The position numbers were made by a program, and so were the translations under genes. Shown piece by piece: positions 61,401 through 64,000 of a stretch of DNA of 64,000 nt. The notes under the pieces were generated by a model. It saw only the letters and a program-made list of their open reading frames with translations. It did no database searches and had not been told where the DNA came from. Every line of letters starts with the position of its first letter. Position 1 is the stretch's first letter. The stretch is from Paraspadella gotoi (taxonomy: Eukaryota > Animalia > Chaetognatha): NCBI GenBank assembly GCA_051294375.1, contig JBJCIZ010000042.1:1-64000 (forward strand). The letters run 5' to 3'.

Positions 61401-64000
61401 TCATATGATCAGCTAAAGATTGATCACCTCAATTAGATAAAGTTTAAGCAAAAATTAGTGTGACACTATGTAATTGTTTTGGCTTTTGTTTTCTGTTTTC
61501 ATAATTTTTTGTATTTACAAATTTGAAAAAGTTTGAACAATGGCACAATTGAAGTTTTTGAATCTTGGTTTAGGCACCTTCTAATTTGTTTAATGTGGCC
61601 AAAAATTTTGATTGCCCTTTGGCTTGGCAATTTTCTTAATTGCAATATTACTTATATCTTTTCGACATTCTTTGAAAAGAATACACTTGGATATACAAGA
61701 GGAGCGAGCTCATATAAATTCTCAGGCAAGAATTTTCAGAGGAGCAAAACGAATGTTAGGTATATATACTATTATAATAGAAGGATGGACTGGATTATGC
61801 ATGAAAATCTTATAATCAAATTAAGTAAACCTAAAATACCAAAATTAAAAAGATATATTGTAAAGAGCTAATATCAGACTGAAAAGTTCGAAGAGAGAGA
61901 AAGAGTGAGAGAGAATGATAGAGAGTAAGTTCATTTCACATGAACTTTGCATTGAGAGTTTAATAATTTAATGTAGGATCATTAATAATTACTTTGAAAT
62001 TTTTAGTATTACAGACCTGTGCAATAAAAAAGAGGACACTCCAAAACATTATGAAATAATAATAAGTATTGATTCTCTTCAGAGGCAATGGGTTTGAATC
62101 TTAATCACTGCCACCCGACAATATCATGGGGTTTCCAGGGGTGAGAGAGAGCTTCGCAGAAATACCATGCATTTTTGAAAATTTTGTTCCTGAACTCCTG
62201 CAAAGTTTCCTTGTGCCAAAATTTAGTGGAGAAAAACGAATATCACAATCTTGATGGATTTTCCACGCCAGTTTTTTGGCGTCGTACCAACTTCCGGTTT
62301 TAAAAAATAAAGGAGTTTTTTGAAAAAAATGAGCTGTTATTCAGCTCACCGCATACTTAAATTAATCAAATAAAGTTATTAATACCTTATTACTAAATGT
62401 TTTGTTGTGGTTTTTTAATAAGGTTAAAAATTATTATTAAGAAACACTTCAAATTAGAAATTATTAGTTTTTTTAAGGCCAAATCGTCCCTGACCAAATT
62501 ACTTTACAAATTCTAAATAAGATTGTATAAGAAAGTATGATTTGGTTATTATAAATAGAACTCTCTAAGGGATTTTAAATATTTAAGTCCCTTAAGGCCA
62601 AATATTGTCTTTAAAGGTTTGCCAAATAATACAAAAAAGAAAGCAGCGATTAGTTAAAAGGCGCCTTGGTCTTTGTGGCTCAGGCAAGCCTCCCACTTCA
62701 ATTTTAACGCCTAAAACCTCTCTCCCAACCAAAACCTTAGTCTAGGCCTTTTATTCATTTGCAAGCCTCAATCTTAATATCCCTAGTACAAGCCTTTCTA
62801 AGCTTGCTTATAACAAGATTAAGGTATTGTGATATTGCAATTTGGACAGGGCTAAGAAAAGGACAGGAAGCTCGGGTTAGGTGTTAGGGAAAGTACTGGG
62901 GGAAGTAATTAAGAATTAAAACTTAGGCTAATTGATGGCCGGGAAGCGGTCAGGGCATGCCTGAGTTGAGTGTGAGGGCCAAGAGGTGAAGCCCTCATGA
63001 GAAGGCTGATGTGAGGGTTGGGTGGAGAGGCTCTGGAGTGATGCAGGGGCTAGGGTGTTCTGGGCAATGAATATTAAAGCGAGAGGATGGCCTAGGTTAG
63101 GGTTAGGGCTAAGGAAGTGGCTCTCTGCAGATTTCACCAGCGCAGGGAAACTGGTGAGTGTTTGGATCAGGGACCAGTTTAGGGTTAAGGGTTGAGCAGG
63201 AAGTACACGATCTTGGGTTAAGGTTAGGGGAAAGGCTGCTGCGGGTAAGACAAAGGCCCACGTTAGGGTTAGGGCTAGGTTAGATATCGCCAAGCCAGGG
63301 AAACTGATTAAGATTAAAGGTTTTGTTTAGGGGCCCGGTTTAGGGTAAGGGTTGAGTAAGATGGGGCTTGGCTAGCTGGCAAAAGGCTAAAGTTGCCTAC
63401 CATCTAATTCGGGCTAGCTGTTTGGCATCAGTTGGTAATCTTTTTAAAAGCCAATATCTTGGTTTAAAGATTAAAGATTTAAAATCCTAAGACAGTTCTA
63501 ATTTGTTTTCAGCCAGATAGTCAAATTTATTATAAATTAGTAAAAGTAAGTTTGGTCCAGCGGCCAATTTGGCTTAAAAGAATTATGAAGTTTTAACTTG
63601 ACGCCCTTTTGTAATAAATATTTTATAACCTTATTATAGAACTAAAATAAAAATGTAATATTAAGGTTATTGGTATCAAATTTTTTTTGATTAATTTAAG
63701 TATGCTGTGCTGAATAACAGCTTATTTATTTCCTAAAACCGGAAGTGGTTCACGCAAAACTGGCGTGGAAAATCCATAATGAGCATCCAGGGAAATTTTT
63801 TTATTGTGATATTCGTTTCTCCACTAAATTTGGCACAGAGAAACTTTGGCAGGTATCAGGAACTTTCATAAATGTATGATATTTCTGGGGAGCGCGTATC
63901 TATGTGAAGAGTCTTGATTAACGCTATGAGAACCAAGAACAGGCAAAGTCTATTTATAGCTGAGAAGAGGATCAGCGACACAGGAAGATTTTCCGATTCA
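55466..64000 (+). repeat. Copy 2 of the duplicated block, with an extra 1.75-kb insertion
   Basis: Matches 39714-46520. Confidence 0.9.
62149..63903. mobile_element. Foldback/Mutator-like non-autonomous element with ~450-bp TIRs and a TTAGGG-rich centre
   Basis: TGTGCCAAAATTTAGTGGAGAAA..GAATATCACAAT (~62212) / ATTGTGATATTCG..TCTCCACTAAATTTGGCACA (~63804); absent from copy 1 at ~46404; exact ends and TSD uncertain. Confidence 0.75.

Overview
AT-rich, (GA/CT)n-rich eukaryotic DNA, probably from an invertebrate, dominated by nested transposable elements. One probable spliced host gene (secreted or membrane, Thr-rich; exons at 7083, 13596 and 35087) has introns packed with elements. Main finding: a non-autonomous LTR element (TRIM, 14356-15634, minus strand) whose ~236-bp LTRs each contain a 72-nt tRNA-like Pol III head followed directly by a candidate type-P5 twister ribozyme. 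It has a tRNA-Trp-type PBS, a PPT and further LTR copies at 34573 and 54962, so it resembles a twister-based, Pol III-driven retrozyme. Two related Ty3/gypsy elements appear to have inverted CA...TG LTR termini. One carries a chuvirus/gB-like class III env remnant; the other is young and near-intact, with heat-shock elements in its LTRs and an OTU-like insert in pol. Also present: a 5'-truncated Penelope with inverted pLTRs and hammerheads, DINE-1/HINE-like repeats, MITEs with 8-bp TSDs and degenerate retroelements. The last ~24 kb contains a near-duplicated block and N gaps that look partly artefactual. All calls are by-eye pattern recognition; no database searches or folding programs were run.
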